64,000 nucleotides of DNA from an uncultured Candidatus Micrarchaeota archaeon. Its GTDB lineage: Archaea; Micrarchaeota; Micrarchaeia; Burarchaeales; Fermentimicrarchaeaceae. This document shows positions 36,308 to 45,905 of this stretch, one piece after another. The stretch covers positions 1 through 64,000 of the forward strand of contig CAVXDX010000008.1 in NCBI GenBank assembly GCA_963760615.1, in the 5' to 3' direction. Within the stretch, counting starts at the first letter, position 1. Every line of letters begins with the position of its first letter. The translations under genes were made by a program, and so were the position numbers. The notes under the pieces were generated by a model that was given only the letters and a program-made list of their open reading frames with translations, was not told the DNA's origin and made no database searches.

Positions 36308-37570
36308 ATGGCGAGAAAGCAGATAAAACTCAAGAGGACTCTCAACCTGCTCGATGCAGTGTCAATAGGACTAGGAGCGATTATTGGAGCAGGGATATAC
36401 GTTGTCGTGGGCATAGCCGCCGGGGCTGCAGGACCGGGAGTGATGCTCTCTGTCATTTTCGCTGGCATCATAGCTTTGTTCACTGCCCTTAGCTTCGCAG
36501 CGCTCAGCTCCAGAATAACGAAGGAGGGAGGGGCATACGAGTATGTGTACGAATTAATCTCACCTTCCTTGGGTTTTTTAACCGGCTGGTTTTGGGTTTT
36601 CGGGCAGATTGTTGCAGGAGCAGCCGTGAGCCTTGGGTTTGCGACATACATGGCGGTGTTAATTCCGCTGCCGGTGAAGTTTGTTGCAGCTGGTGGTTGC
36701 CTGCTTTTCATGCTTCTCAACCTGATTGGCGTGAAGCAGTCCAGCCTCGTGAATGATGCACTGGTTGCATCAAAGATACTTGTGCTATGCATCTTTGTGG
36801 CAGTTGGAGCTTCCTACATAAAATTCTCGAATTTCACTCCACTTATGCCTAATGGATTTTCAGGAGTGGTGAGCGGAGCTGCTCTGATATTCTTCGCCTT
36901 TCTCGGTTATGGTAGGATAACCACAATCTCTGAAGAGGTGAAAAACCCCGAAAAGGTGGTGCCGCTCTCAATCCTGCTCGCCCTTGGGATATCCAGCATT
37001 CTTTACCTTCTTGTGGGTTTCACTGCAGTTGGCATTGTTGGTTCCAATGCGCTTTCTTCCTCAGGCTCGCCCCTTGCCATTGCAATGGGGGCAACTGGAA
37101 ACGGACTGGCAGTGCTGGTTGTATCCATTGGTGGGATTCTGGCAACGGCGAGCGTGCTTCTCACAACAGTGCTCGGTGTTTCAAGGGTGTCATTCTCTAT
37201 GGCGAGGAATAAGCAGATTCCAGAATTCATAAATGCAATTCATCCAAAATTCATGACTCCTTACATCTCGATACTTCTTACGGGATTCCTGATGGCTGCG
37301 CTTGCCTTTTTTGGGGATTTGAAGCAGGTTGTCTCGCTTGCCAGCTTCGCCGTGATATCAACGCATGTGCTAGTCAACTATGCTGCATTTAAGGTGAGGG
37401 ACAGGTGCAGCTTCAAAATACCATTCTGCCCTGTTCCGCCTCTGCTCGGGATGGTAAGTTGCGCAGCCCTGACGCTCTCCTTACTGCCTGATGTGTGGGT
37501 GGTGGCACTGGTTGTGCTGCTTGCAGGAGTTGTCTTTTACTCAATATACAAACTCGCGGTTGTACGCTAG
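36308..37570 (+). CDS. APC-family amino acid permease
   Basis: GLGAIIGAGIY, FFAFLGY, EEVKNPEK, 12 TM segments. Confidence 0.93.
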   Translation: MARKQIKLKRTLNLLDAVSIGLGAIIGAGIYVVVGIAAGAAGPGVMLSVIFAGIIALFTALSFAALSSRITKEGGAYEYVYELISPSLGFLTGWFWVFGQIVAGAAVSLGFATYMAVLIPLPVKFVAAGGCLLFMLLNLIGVKQSSLVNDALVASKILVLCIFVAVGASYIKFSNFTPLMPNGFSGVVSGAALIFFAFLGYGRITTISEEVKNPEKVVPLSILLALGISSILYLLVGFTAVGIVGSNALSSSGSPLAIAMGATGNGLAVLVVSIGGILATASVLLTTVLGVSRVSFSMARNKQIPEFINAIHPKFMTPYISILLTGFLMAALAFFGDLKQVVSLASFAVISTHVLVNYAAFKVRDRCSFKIPFCPVPPLLGMVSCAALTLSLLPDVWVVALVVLLAGVVFYSIYKLAVVR

Positions 37571-37696
37571 GGGGAGGGTGTTGGAGTTTGGGTTTATAAA
37601 TCGCTTTTATAAAATTGTGCACCGAGTATTCAAAATTGCTCTCCGCGGAATTTCCTTTACTAAATATATTTAAACTTTAGGTTCACCTAAATCAGC

Positions 37697-38338
37697 ATGC
37701 AAAAAATCAGCCCAGAGATTGAGGAGTACCTTGAGACAATCTACAGAATAAAAGAGAAGGGCAAGGATGCGAAAACTACCGAGGTAGCCGAGGAGCTTGG
37801 AGTCTCCCCTCCAAGCGTTAGCGAGATGTTCAGGAAGATGGCGAAGGATGGACTAATAAGATACAACCGCTACAGGGGCGCATCGCTGACCAAAAAGGGG
37901 GAGGAGATTGGAGGAGGGATACTCCACAAGCACAGGCTTATTCAGAAATTTCTTATATTCCTAGGGGTGAAGAGGAAGGTTCATGACCAGGCGTGCGCTC
38001 TGGAACACGTGGTTTCGGATGAGGTTGAAAATGCGATGCAAGATACGTTACTGCACGGTCCCCATTTGAGGAAGGATGTTGTAAGGCTCAGCGAGATGAG
38101 AGAAGGAGAGGAGGGCAAGGTAGCCTTCGTAATGGGTGGGAGAAGTGCTTCGCAGAGGCTTGCGGACATGGGCTTGACTCCAGGAAGCGGGGTGAAGATG
38201 TTGCGTGCTTCCAGCTATGGCGGTCCTCTGAACCTGAGCATTTGCGGCTATAGCCTCGCTCTTGGAATAGGTGTAGCGTCCAAGGTTTTCGTCCATGTTC
38301 ACCATCAGGAACATCACAGAGTCAAGAGGTCTGAGTAA
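37697..38338 (+). CDS. DtxR/IdeR-family metal-dependent repressor with a C-terminal FeoA domain
   Basis: EEYLETIYRI...VSPPSVSEM...HRLIQKFL...ACALEH; FeoA RLADMGLTPG. Confidence 0.92.
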   Translation: MQKISPEIEEYLETIYRIKEKGKDAKTTEVAEELGVSPPSVSEMFRKMAKDGLIRYNRYRGASLTKKGEEIGGGILHKHRLIQKFLIFLGVKRKVHDQACALEHVVSDEVENAMQDTLLHGPHLRKDVVRLSEMREGEEGKVAFVMGGRSASQRLADMGLTPGSGVKMLRASSYGGPLNLSICGYSLALGIGVASKVFVHVHHQEHHRVKRSE

Positions 38339-40270
38339 ATGAAAAAGCTGAAAGTTGCACTAGCAGGTAACGCAAACGTAGGCAAATCGGTGATTTTCAA
38401 CGATCTCACAGGGCTTCACCAGCACATAGGGAACTGGCCAGGCAAGACAATTGAGAGGGCAGAGGGCACGCTGCGCTTCGGGAAATATGAGGTGGACGTG
38501 ATGGACCTGCCTGGAATATACTCGCTCTCAACCTTTTCCCAGGAGGAGGTGATATCGCGCGGGTACATAGCAAAGGAGAAACCCGATGTTGTTGTGAATG
38601 TGATTGATGCTTCCGTTCTTGAGAGAAACCTCTTTCTGACCCTCCAGCTGCTGGAGCTTGAAGCGCCTCTTGTGATAGCACTGAATATGGTAGACAGCGC
38701 TAAGAAAAAGGGCATAGTGGTAGATTCAAAGAAGCTTTCGAAGATTCTGGGCGTGCCAGTCGTGGAAACTATCGCACCAAGAGGAATTGGCATAAAAGAG
38801 CTGATGGAGGCTGTTGTGGATGTTGCAGAAAATCCCAGGAAGCAGTTCAAGCCATCCTACAGCAAGCCTATAGAAGATGCAATCCGGAAGATGATGGTGC
38901 CTATTGAAAAATGCGATGTGGTGTACCCCCCTCGGTGGATGGCGATGAAGCTTCTTGAGTGCGATGCGGAGGTGGAGGAGTTAACCAGAAGAAAGTGCCC
39001 CTCCGTGCTTCCGCTCGCCAAAAAACTCAGGCAGGAACTGGAAGGCTCGAAGAAGGAGATATGCTCAATGGCAATAACTTCCGAGAAATACCTCATTTCA
39101 AAACGCATAATAGATGAAACCCAGAGAATAAAGACCCCTGAAAAACCATCCCTTGAGAGCAGGCTGGACGGGGTGCTTCTGCACAGGATATGGGGTTATG
39201 TATTTCTTATAGCAGTTGGAGTCGTGGTATTCGGATTGGTTTTCAGCATGGGGGGCTTGCTCTCCTCAGCCCTCTCTGATGTGCTGGTAGGATTAAAACT
39301 GCCTGTCAGAGAAGCTTTTGGAGGAGGACTTCTTGCGGATATCGTATGGAACGGCATATTTGAAGGCGTTATCGCAGGGATTACGATAGCCATACCGTAT
39401 ATCCTGCCATTCTATATACTGCTCTCTATTCTTGAGAGCTCAGGCTACCTTGCAAGGATGGCTTTTCTCATGGACAATGTGATGCACCAGATTGGGCTTC
39501 ACGGGAAAGCATTCATCCCGCTTATACTCGGATACGGGTGCAATGTCCCAGCGTGCCTCGGCTGCAGGGTTATGGAGGACGAGAGGGAGAGGATTACGGC
39601 AGGGTTTGTCGTTACTTTGGTACCTTGTTCCGCGAGAACCGTTGTCATACTTGGGCTGGTTGGAACCTTTCTGGGTTTGAAATGGGCTCTGGCGATATAC
39701 GTGTTCAATCTCCTTGTCATATTCCTTCTTGGAAGGCTGGCATTCAAGATTCTGCCAGGCGAGCCAATGGGCCTGATAATGGAGATGCCGCCCTACAGGA
39801 TGCCCCAAATGGACTCTATCGCGAAGGAGAGTTGGGGGAGGATTAGCGATTTCGTTCTCATGGCATTCCCGGTGATAATCATCTCAACGTTCGCAATAGA
39901 GCTGTTCTATCTCGCCGGACTCGTGCAGGTGATTTCAAACCTGCTGAGCCCAATAACTGTTGGCTGGCTAGGGCTCCCCGCGGTTATTGGCATAACACTC
40001 ATATTCGGAATTCTCAGAAAGGAGCTAACACTCATAATGCTGGCGAGCGCATTTGGAACGCAGAATTTTGGAGCAGTTCTCAGCCCAGTTCAGATGGTCG
40101 TTTTCACATTGGTGACACTTTTCTACATTCCATGTGCCGCCACAATAAGTGCCCTTGTTAAAGAGTTTGGGTGGAGAAAAGCGCTTTACATAACAGTATT
40201 CGAAATAGGGTTCGCCTTGCTGCTGGGAGGGATAGCATTTAGGCTGCTGAGCATTTCTGGAGTTCTCTAA
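38339..40270 (+). CDS. feoB: Ferrous iron transporter FeoB
   Basis: GNANVGKS, GNWPGKT, DLPGIYSL, ALNMVD, GYGCNVPA, PCSAR. Confidence 0.97.
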   Translation: MKKLKVALAGNANVGKSVIFNDLTGLHQHIGNWPGKTIERAEGTLRFGKYEVDVMDLPGIYSLSTFSQEEVISRGYIAKEKPDVVVNVIDASVLERNLFLTLQLLELEAPLVIALNMVDSAKKKGIVVDSKKLSKILGVPVVETIAPRGIGIKELMEAVVDVAENPRKQFKPSYSKPIEDAIRKMMVPIEKCDVVYPPRWMAMKLLECDAEVEELTRRKCPSVLPLAKKLRQELEGSKKEICSMAITSEKYLISKRIIDETQRIKTPEKPSLESRLDGVLLHRIWGYVFLIAVGVVVFGLVFSMGGLLSSALSDVLVGLKLPVREAFGGGLLADIVWNGIFEGVIAGITIAIPYILPFYILLSILESSGYLARMAFLMDNVMHQIGLHGKAFIPLILGYGCNVPACLGCRVMEDERERITAGFVVTLVPCSARTVVILGLVGTFLGLKWALAIYVFNLLVIFLLGRLAFKILPGEPMGLIMEMPPYRMPQMDSIAKESWGRISDFVLMAFPVIIISTFAIELFYLAGLVQVISNLLSPITVGWLGLPAVIGITLIFGILRKELTLIMLASAFGTQNFGAVLSPVQMVVFTLVTLFYIPCAATISALVKEFGWRKALYITVFEIGFALLLGGIAFRLLSISGVL

Positions 40271-40409
40271 ACTGCGAATCCTCTATTTGCTGAGAAGCTC
40301 CATCGACTTACCGTAGCATCCCAAGACTCCCCCGCCAACTTTTGTTATCAGTACTTCATTCCCCATCGCTGCATCCGTACCTCTCTCCAACTTTCTTAAC
40401 CCTCAGCAT

Positions 40410-40631
40410 TCAGTCATGCTCCTTGAAAGCTGCATCCTGAACAGGGTCGTTCTTCCTCAGCCATTCCATCAGCATCGCCGTATGCTCCTTCTCCTCATCC
40501 ATATTGTGCTGCAGAACTTTCTTCAGTTCAGGATCCGTTGCCGGCCCTATCCTCGACTGGTATTTGTTTATCGCGTCAAGCTCTTCAATCATCGACTGCC
40601 TCGCCATCCCCAAATCCTCCGGTTTTCCCAT
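40410..40631 (-). CDS. Encapsulated-ferritin-like (EncFtn) small ferritin-family protein
   Basis: ARQSMIEELDAINKYQSR...HNMDEEKEHTAMLMEWLRKNDP. Confidence 0.85.
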   Translation of the reverse strand: MGKPEDLGMARQSMIEELDAINKYQSRIGPATDPELKKVLQHNMDEEKEHTAMLMEWLRKNDPVQDAAFKEHD

Positions 40632-40635
40632 CCAA

Positions 40636-41499
40636 TCACCTCCAAACAATTCTCTCTATCTCCCCAACCATCTTTCTGAAAGCATACGCAGCTTTTCCCT
40701 TCCCAAGCACAGGAGGCACTCCATCCGCAAGCAGACGTGGCACCTCCTCGTCATATGGTATTCTTGCAACGAGCTTCCTCCCAAATTTCCTGAGAGCCTT
40801 CCTCTCGTTCCTCTTGGATATGCCCTCCTTGTTCATAACAACGCAGTATCGTATCCTGAAATGCCTCACGACCTGCAGAGCCCTCTCAAGGTTGGCTGCA
40901 CCCGCAGGTGTTGGCTCGAGAACTCCTACCGCATACTCGCATCCAGCAACAGCTGCTATCACCGGGCATCCTATCCCCGCAGGTGCATCTACAAGCACAA
41001 GCTCAGCACCCCTCCTCCCAGCTATCTCATCCCCAAGTCTCCTCGCCTCATGCACGATTCTCCCGCTCCCCGACTCCCCTGGGAGAAGCCTTCCGTAAAC
41101 CAGCAGGAAGCTTTCAGTCTCTCTCACAACCATCTCTCCGCTCAGCTTTGGAGCAAGCCTGATAGCACCGTTGGGGCATGCAAGAACACACGCGCCGCAT
41201 CCCTCACAGCGAAGCTCATCAACTTCAATCCTCTCTCCAGTCGCCAGTGCTCCGAACTGGCATGCTTTCAAGCACTCCCCGCACAGCTTGCATTTCTTCC
41301 TGTCAACAACCGCAATTTTTGATGCATATATCTCCTCCTTTCTGACATCCCTTCCGGGGAAAATAATATGCTGGTTCGGGCAGTCAGCATCCCCGTCGAC
41401 CAGCACCAGCTTCCTTCTCTTTGACAGCTCCACTGCTAGCGATGAGACTACACAGGACTTGCCAGTTCCGCCCTTTCCGCTCAGAACGACGATTCTCAT
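40636..41499 (-). CDS. MinD-superfamily P-loop ATPase with inserted 2x[4Fe-4S] ferredoxin
   Basis: SGKGGTGKS, DADCPN, CKLCGEC...CEGCGAC, PAGIGCP. Confidence 0.92.
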   Translation of the reverse strand: MRIVVLSGKGGTGKSCVVSSLAVELSKRRKLVLVDGDADCPNQHIIFPGRDVRKEEIYASKIAVVDRKKCKLCGECLKACQFGALATGERIEVDELRCEGCGACVLACPNGAIRLAPKLSGEMVVRETESFLLVYGRLLPGESGSGRIVHEARRLGDEIAGRRGAELVLVDAPAGIGCPVIAAVAGCEYAVGVLEPTPAGAANLERALQVVRHFRIRYCVVMNKEGISKRNERKALRKFGRKLVARIPYDEEVPRLLADGVPPVLGKGKAAYAFRKMVGEIERIVWR

Positions 41500-42326
41500 C
41501 TCACCATCTTTTCTGCAAGCTTGAAGAAATCCTTGGAGATGGGATTCTCGGGGTATCTCTCAACGATGGGCACTCCATCCACGTAACATTCAATCATTTT
41601 TTTATCGTAAGGAATTTGCATCAATGCATGTTTTACTCTTCTTTTCGAAATAGTGCTCCTGTTAACAATCAGATCATATCCTATCTCGAGTTTTCTCAGA
41701 ACGGATTCAATGACTTCCAAGTCATGAATGCCAAACAAGGTGGGTTCAGTCACAGCTATTGCTCTGTCGCATCCATCAAGCGCGCGAACCACCTGGCAGT
41801 GTGCTCCTGCAGATGTGTCGATTATGAAAACCTCCCCTCTCCCTTCCCCCAACCCCCTGATTTTAATCGCGTCAACTATCTTCTCTGAAAGGGGCTCTGA
41901 TGGTTTGAGCTCACCGGAGAAGAGCTCCACTCCATATTTTTCAGTTTTATACGTCCATCCAACAGTTTTCTCTTCTTCCCGTATTGCATTATGAGTACAA
42001 GCCAAGACGCATGCTCTGCATCCGTTGCAGATTGGCTCGAGTAGGGTGGGGATCTTTCCCGGAAGCTGGTATAATGCATTCAGCTCACACACCTTCACGC
42101 ATTTCCCGCATTTTCTGCATTTCCCGCTGTTAAAATGAGGTATGAAGGAAGTCACCTCCCTCTTCATCCTTCTCCTGGCACCCATAACGATGTGCGCGCT
42201 GGGGCAGTCCGCATCACAATCAAGATAGGTAACTCTTCTCCCAGTTTTAGCAATAGCAACAGCTAGGTTTACAGCCACAACAGTCTTGCCCGTTCCCCCC
42301 TTTCCACCAGTAACCCCAATGATCAT
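41496..42326 (-). CDS. Second MinD-superfamily P-loop ATPase with inserted ferredoxin
   Basis: TGGKGGTGKT, DCDADCP, CRKCGKC, CNGCRAC. Confidence 0.92.
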   Translation of the reverse strand: MIIGVTGGKGGTGKTVVAVNLAVAIAKTGRRVTYLDCDADCPSAHIVMGARRRMKREVTSFIPHFNSGKCRKCGKCVKVCELNALYQLPGKIPTLLEPICNGCRACVLACTHNAIREEEKTVGWTYKTEKYGVELFSGELKPSEPLSEKIVDAIKIRGLGEGRGEVFIIDTSAGAHCQVVRALDGCDRAIAVTEPTLFGIHDLEVIESVLRKLEIGYDLIVNRSTISKRRVKHALMQIPYDKKMIECYVDGVPIVERYPENPISKDFFKLAEKMVR

Positions 42327-42343
42327 AAGAGAAACACATCCAC

Positions 42344-42694
42344 TCAGTGCTTGCAGACGTTTTCATCTGCCTTTAACTCACCCTTGAGATATTTCTCAAC
42401 AGCATCCTTAATCCTGCCCTGGACCCCGAAGATGATTTTTATTCCCAGGGATTCGAACATCGCAAGTGCTCTGCTGCCCATCCCTCCGGTTATCATCAAA
42501 TCCACATGGAGGGAGGAGATGAACTTCGGAACTGCGCCTTGGACGTGGTTTTGGAAATAGGGGTTCTCCACTCTCTCCACCTTTATTATTTCCTCACCCT
42601 TGCTTTCCACGATGACGAACTCAGGACACCTGCCAAAATGTTCAGAAACCTCCCCATCAATTCCTCCTCCTGCTGATGATACGGCTATTCTCAT
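42344..42694 (-). CDS. NifB/NifX (FeMo-cofactor-binding domain) family protein
   Basis: VSEHFGRCPEF...LMITGGMGSRA. Confidence 0.9.
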   Translation of the reverse strand: MRIAVSSAGGGIDGEVSEHFGRCPEFVIVESKGEEIIKVERVENPYFQNHVQGAVPKFISSLHVDLMITGGMGSRALAMFESLGIKIIFGVQGRIKDAVEKYLKGELKADENVCKH

Positions 42695-43095
42695 AGCATC
42701 CTCCTACCTCTCCTTCCGAAACCCATTCCAAAATGGCCGGACACATTCGGTGCTGTTACGCTGGGAAGTTTGCCCTCAAGAAGTTTTGTCACAGCATCCC
42801 CAACTTTTCCTGCGGAGGAATAGACACTTACGCCTGCTTGCATGAGCACAGCCATGGCATTGGGGCCGCAGTTGCCTGTTATAAGGCTATTTGCTCCGCT
42901 GTTAATAACTGCTTGCGCAGCAGCTATTCCCGCACCGCCGCCAGCCATCGCTCCGGGGTTGGGTATCACTTCTGTTTTTAGTATCCTCTTCTCCTTTTCG
43001 TCAACCTCAAGAAGAGTGAAAGTGGGGCATCTGCCAAACATCGGGCATATCAAATCGCCTACTCCGCCCTTGGACGTAGATATAAGTATTTTCAT
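42691..43095 (-). CDS. Second NifB/NifX family protein with a Gly/Arg-rich tail
   Basis: CPMFGRCPTF...GAGIAAAQ...ITGNCGPNA...GMGFGRRGRR. Confidence 0.9.
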   Translation of the reverse strand: MKILISTSKGGVGDLICPMFGRCPTFTLLEVDEKEKRILKTEVIPNPGAMAGGGAGIAAAQAVINSGANSLITGNCGPNAMAVLMQAGVSVYSSAGKVGDAVTKLLEGKLPSVTAPNVSGHFGMGFGRRGRRML

Positions 43096-43105
43096 GCGCT
43101 CACTT

Positions 43106-43393
43106 TCACTGCTGAGGCTTCTCAAGCTCCGCTATTCTCTTCTTTATTTCCTCAAGCTCAATCCTCAGTTCCTCGGAGTAGGACTTAAGCTCTTGGAGCT
43201 CCTGTTCCTTGCTCGGTTGCGGAAGCGTGGTGCTCTGGGTGCTTGGAAAACCACTTGAATACGTCATTCTCCAGCTAAACCCACGGCCGAATCCCCTCCT
43301 CCCACCAGGGCCAAAATCTGAGCCGAAGCCTCTTCTCCAGCATCTCCAATTTCCTCCGCCCCACCAGGGACCTGTTCCATCTCCCCACGGCAT
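43106..43393 (-). CDS. DUF5320-family Gly/Arg-rich protein with a C-terminal coiled coil
   Basis: MPWGDGTGP...GRRGFGRG...ELQELKSYSEELRIELEEIKKRIAEL. Confidence 0.85.
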   Translation of the reverse strand: MPWGDGTGPWWGGGNWRCWRRGFGSDFGPGGRRGFGRGFSWRMTYSSGFPSTQSTTLPQPSKEQELQELKSYSEELRIELEEIKKRIAELEKPQQ

Positions 43394-43479
43394 TCTAATC
43401 ACCTCTTTTTTTTATAAGTTCCAAATAACCTAAAAGACAATGTTGCATGGTAGCTTTTTCAGTACTTGTAATCTATCCT

Positions 43480-43590
43480 TCACCAGCCTCTTCCTTTGCC
43501 CGTTCTTTTGGTCTCAGAGCATCCGCCTCGCCCTCTGTTAGCACGTCTGCCCGTTCCCGAACCATCTCTCTTTGGTTTACCATACGGCAT
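43480..43590 (-). CDS. 36-aa Gly/Arg-rich microprotein (absent from the ORF track)
   Basis: MPYGKPKRDGSGTGRRANRGRGGCSETKRTGKGRGW*; SD GAGGTG upstream; co-oriented inside the operon. Confidence 0.65.
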   Translation of the reverse strand: MPYGKPKRDGSGTGRRANRGRGGCSETKRTGKGRGW

Positions 43591-43600
43591 CTATTCCACC

Positions 43601-43906
43601 TCATTTTTGCTTTTTTATCAGGGAGTAATTCCCCCCATGAATCTTGATTGCCTTGCCCTTTGTGAGCGCCTCGGCAACCTTTCTTCTCGCTGATTTGAGG
43701 AGCCTGTGCAGCGTCGGTTGCGATATCTTAATCCTTTTCGCCACTTGCACCTGCTCCAATCCCTCGTAATCTTTCAGCCTGAGCGCCTCAAACTCCTCGA
43801 CGCTCAGCTCCACCTCCTTCAGCTCAATGAGCGGTATTGCTCGGGGCTTGAAGTAGGTCACTCCGGGCTCGGCGTAAACCATTTTGCATTTCTTCGGTCT
43901 TACCAT
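43601..43906 (-). CDS. DUF134 family DNA-binding protein
   Basis: MVRPKKCK...YFKP...LSVEEFEALRLKDYEGLEQ..VAKRI.ISQPTLHRLL..ARRKVAEAL. Confidence 0.93.
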   Translation of the reverse strand: MVRPKKCKMVYAEPGVTYFKPRAIPLIELKEVELSVEEFEALRLKDYEGLEQVQVAKRIKISQPTLHRLLKSARRKVAEALTKGKAIKIHGGNYSLIKKQK

Positions 43907-43981
43907 AATGAATATATATGCGTAACACATATTTATAAATCTTTCTGCATATATATTCATAACTGTCCTAGGTGGCTTGAC

Positions 43982-45076
43982 ATGAGAAAAGCATTATCCG
44001 CATTTTTGTTCTCATTTCTATTCTCAGGCATCTGCTTATCCTCGGGAATAAATGTAACCGTCTACTATGGAGCAGGCTGTCCTCACTGCGCTGCCACGAT
44101 AGCCCTCATAAGAAATTACGAGAATGTGTACAACCTCAGCATAGAGGAGAAAGAAGTTTACAGCAATACGAGCAACAACAATGAGCTTATGGAGCTCTAC
44201 TCAACTTTTGGGATAAACCCAGCGAGCGATGAAGCAGGAGTTCCAACTATTTTCATTCCTCCTAGAACTATGGTAATTGGTGAAATGTCGCTTGAGAGAT
44301 GGGGGGAGATCCTTTCCAATTGTAGTATGGGAACATGCCCCGAGGGAGCGTACAATTACAAAGGATTGATAAAAGGAGATTCAGCTCAGAAACTCACAAT
44401 CCCGGTACTCGTAGGGGCTGCATTGGTGGACTCCATAAACCCATGCACAATTGCGATTATGGTTATGCTTCTCGGTATGATAATGCTGTCCAAGGGAAAA
44501 CAAGAGGCGCTTCTGGCTGGCTTGACCTTCTCATTTACAATATATGTAATGTATCTCCTGATGGGTTTGGGGATATTTCATGTAATAGCATCGTCAGGCC
44601 TCACGAATCTTTTCTTCATCATAGTTACCATTGCCGCACTCCTGCTTTCTGCAATGGAGGTTAAGGCCTACTTCTCTTATAAGCCGGGCTTTGGCGCCAT
44701 TGAAATGCCAATGTTCCTCAGGCCATACGCAAAGAAAGCCACATCTAGCGCAACCTCAATCCCAGGAGTGGTAATCGCGGCAGTATTATGCTCTCTGTTC
44801 CTTCTCCCCTGCTCCTCGGGTCCGTATCTGATGGTGCTGGGGATGCTTGCCAAATCAGCGACCGCCGAAACTTTGAGCTATCTGTTGATCTACAACGTAA
44901 TTTTCATACTGCCAATGCTAATCATGACAGTTGCCCTCTACCTAGGAAAGACCACTGCTGAAGCGATGGGTGAGATGAAGGAGAGGTATATCAAAGAGAT
45001 CCATCTGATCTCAGGGATTATAATGTTCCTCCTCTTCCTTCTGATGTTGAGTGAGATATTCCATTCCTTATTGTAG
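43982..45076 (+). CDS. Thioredoxin/glutaredoxin (CPHC) fused to a CcdA/DsbD-like TM domain
   Basis: Signal peptide; GCPHC; DSINPC; LPCSSGPY. Confidence 0.85.
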   Translation: MRKALSAFLFSFLFSGICLSSGINVTVYYGAGCPHCAATIALIRNYENVYNLSIEEKEVYSNTSNNNELMELYSTFGINPASDEAGVPTIFIPPRTMVIGEMSLERWGEILSNCSMGTCPEGAYNYKGLIKGDSAQKLTIPVLVGAALVDSINPCTIAIMVMLLGMIMLSKGKQEALLAGLTFSFTIYVMYLLMGLGIFHVIASSGLTNLFFIIVTIAALLLSAMEVKAYFSYKPGFGAIEMPMFLRPYAKKATSSATSIPGVVIAAVLCSLFLLPCSSGPYLMVLGMLAKSATAETLSYLLIYNVIFILPMLIMTVALYLGKTTAEAMGEMKERYIKEIHLISGIIMFLLFLLMLSEIFHSLL

Positions 45077-45095
45077 AATTATCACGGGTGTAACT

Positions 45096-45899
45096 ATGGA
45101 TAATCAATCAGTTGATGAAGAACGAAAGGAGATAGACAGCAGGATGCAGCATATAAAGCATAAGCTTGCGGTGATGAGCGGAAAGGGTGGGGTTGGAAAG
45201 AGCATGGTGACTGCCCTTCTTGCTTCAACTTTGCGTAGGCGGGGGAATAAAGTTGGAGTGATTGATGCAGATATAACCGGGGCAAGCATTCCGAAGATAT
45301 TTGGGGTTAGCGAGAAGTTATATAGCTTGCCGGTTGGTACAATCCCGGCCAAAACCAAATCCGGGATCAAGATCATCTCAACCCATCTGCTACTCGAGAG
45401 GGAGGATCAGCCGATTATATGGAGAGGTCCGCTTATAGCCAGGATCATAAGGGAGTTTCTTGCAGGTGTTGAATGGGGCGCGCTCGATTATCTGCTGGTG
45501 GATCTGCCTCCTGGAACTAGTGACGCACCACTCACAGTTATCCAATCAATACCACTTGATGGAGTCGTGTTTGTAACATCACCTCAGAAGTTGTCTATGA
45601 TGGTGGTAAAAAAATCTATGAATATGGTAAAAAAGATGGGAGTTCCTCTTCTGGGCATGATAGAAAACATGAGCTATTACAAATGCCCTCACTGCGGGAA
45701 AATCTCATATATTTTTGGTAAAGGAACAACAGCTAAATCCGCAGATGAAAATGGAATCCCTTTTCTGGGAAAAATTTCTCTTGATCCTTCTCTCTCCTAT
45801 CTCTCTGATTCTGGTAGGATGGAGGAGTATGGGAGTGAACATGCGGATAGGATAGTGGATAAGTTGCTCAGAACTTTAGAACATAGTGGAAGAGGGTGA
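45096..45899 (+). CDS. mrp: Mrp/NBP35 Fe-S carrier ATPase
   Basis: SGKGGVGKS, IIWRGP, DLPPGTSD, ENMS..CPHC. Confidence 0.95.
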   Translation: MDNQSVDEERKEIDSRMQHIKHKLAVMSGKGGVGKSMVTALLASTLRRRGNKVGVIDADITGASIPKIFGVSEKLYSLPVGTIPAKTKSGIKIISTHLLLEREDQPIIWRGPLIARIIREFLAGVEWGALDYLLVDLPPGTSDAPLTVIQSIPLDGVVFVTSPQKLSMMVVKKSMNMVKKMGVPLLGMIENMSYYKCPHCGKISYIFGKGTTAKSADENGIPFLGKISLDPSLSYLSDSGRMEEYGSEHADRIVDKLLRTLEHSGRG

Positions 45900-45905
45900 T
45901 GAGGT

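Noticed and set aside
40504-41322. Long plus-strand ORFs (272 and 186 aa)
   Set aside because: These are antisense shadows of the MinD-ferredoxin gene, Ser/Pro-rich with no motifs.
43706-43981. 5' extension of the Trx-CcdA ORF
   Set aside because: It overlaps DUF134 antisense, and the signal peptide begins at MRKALS (43982).
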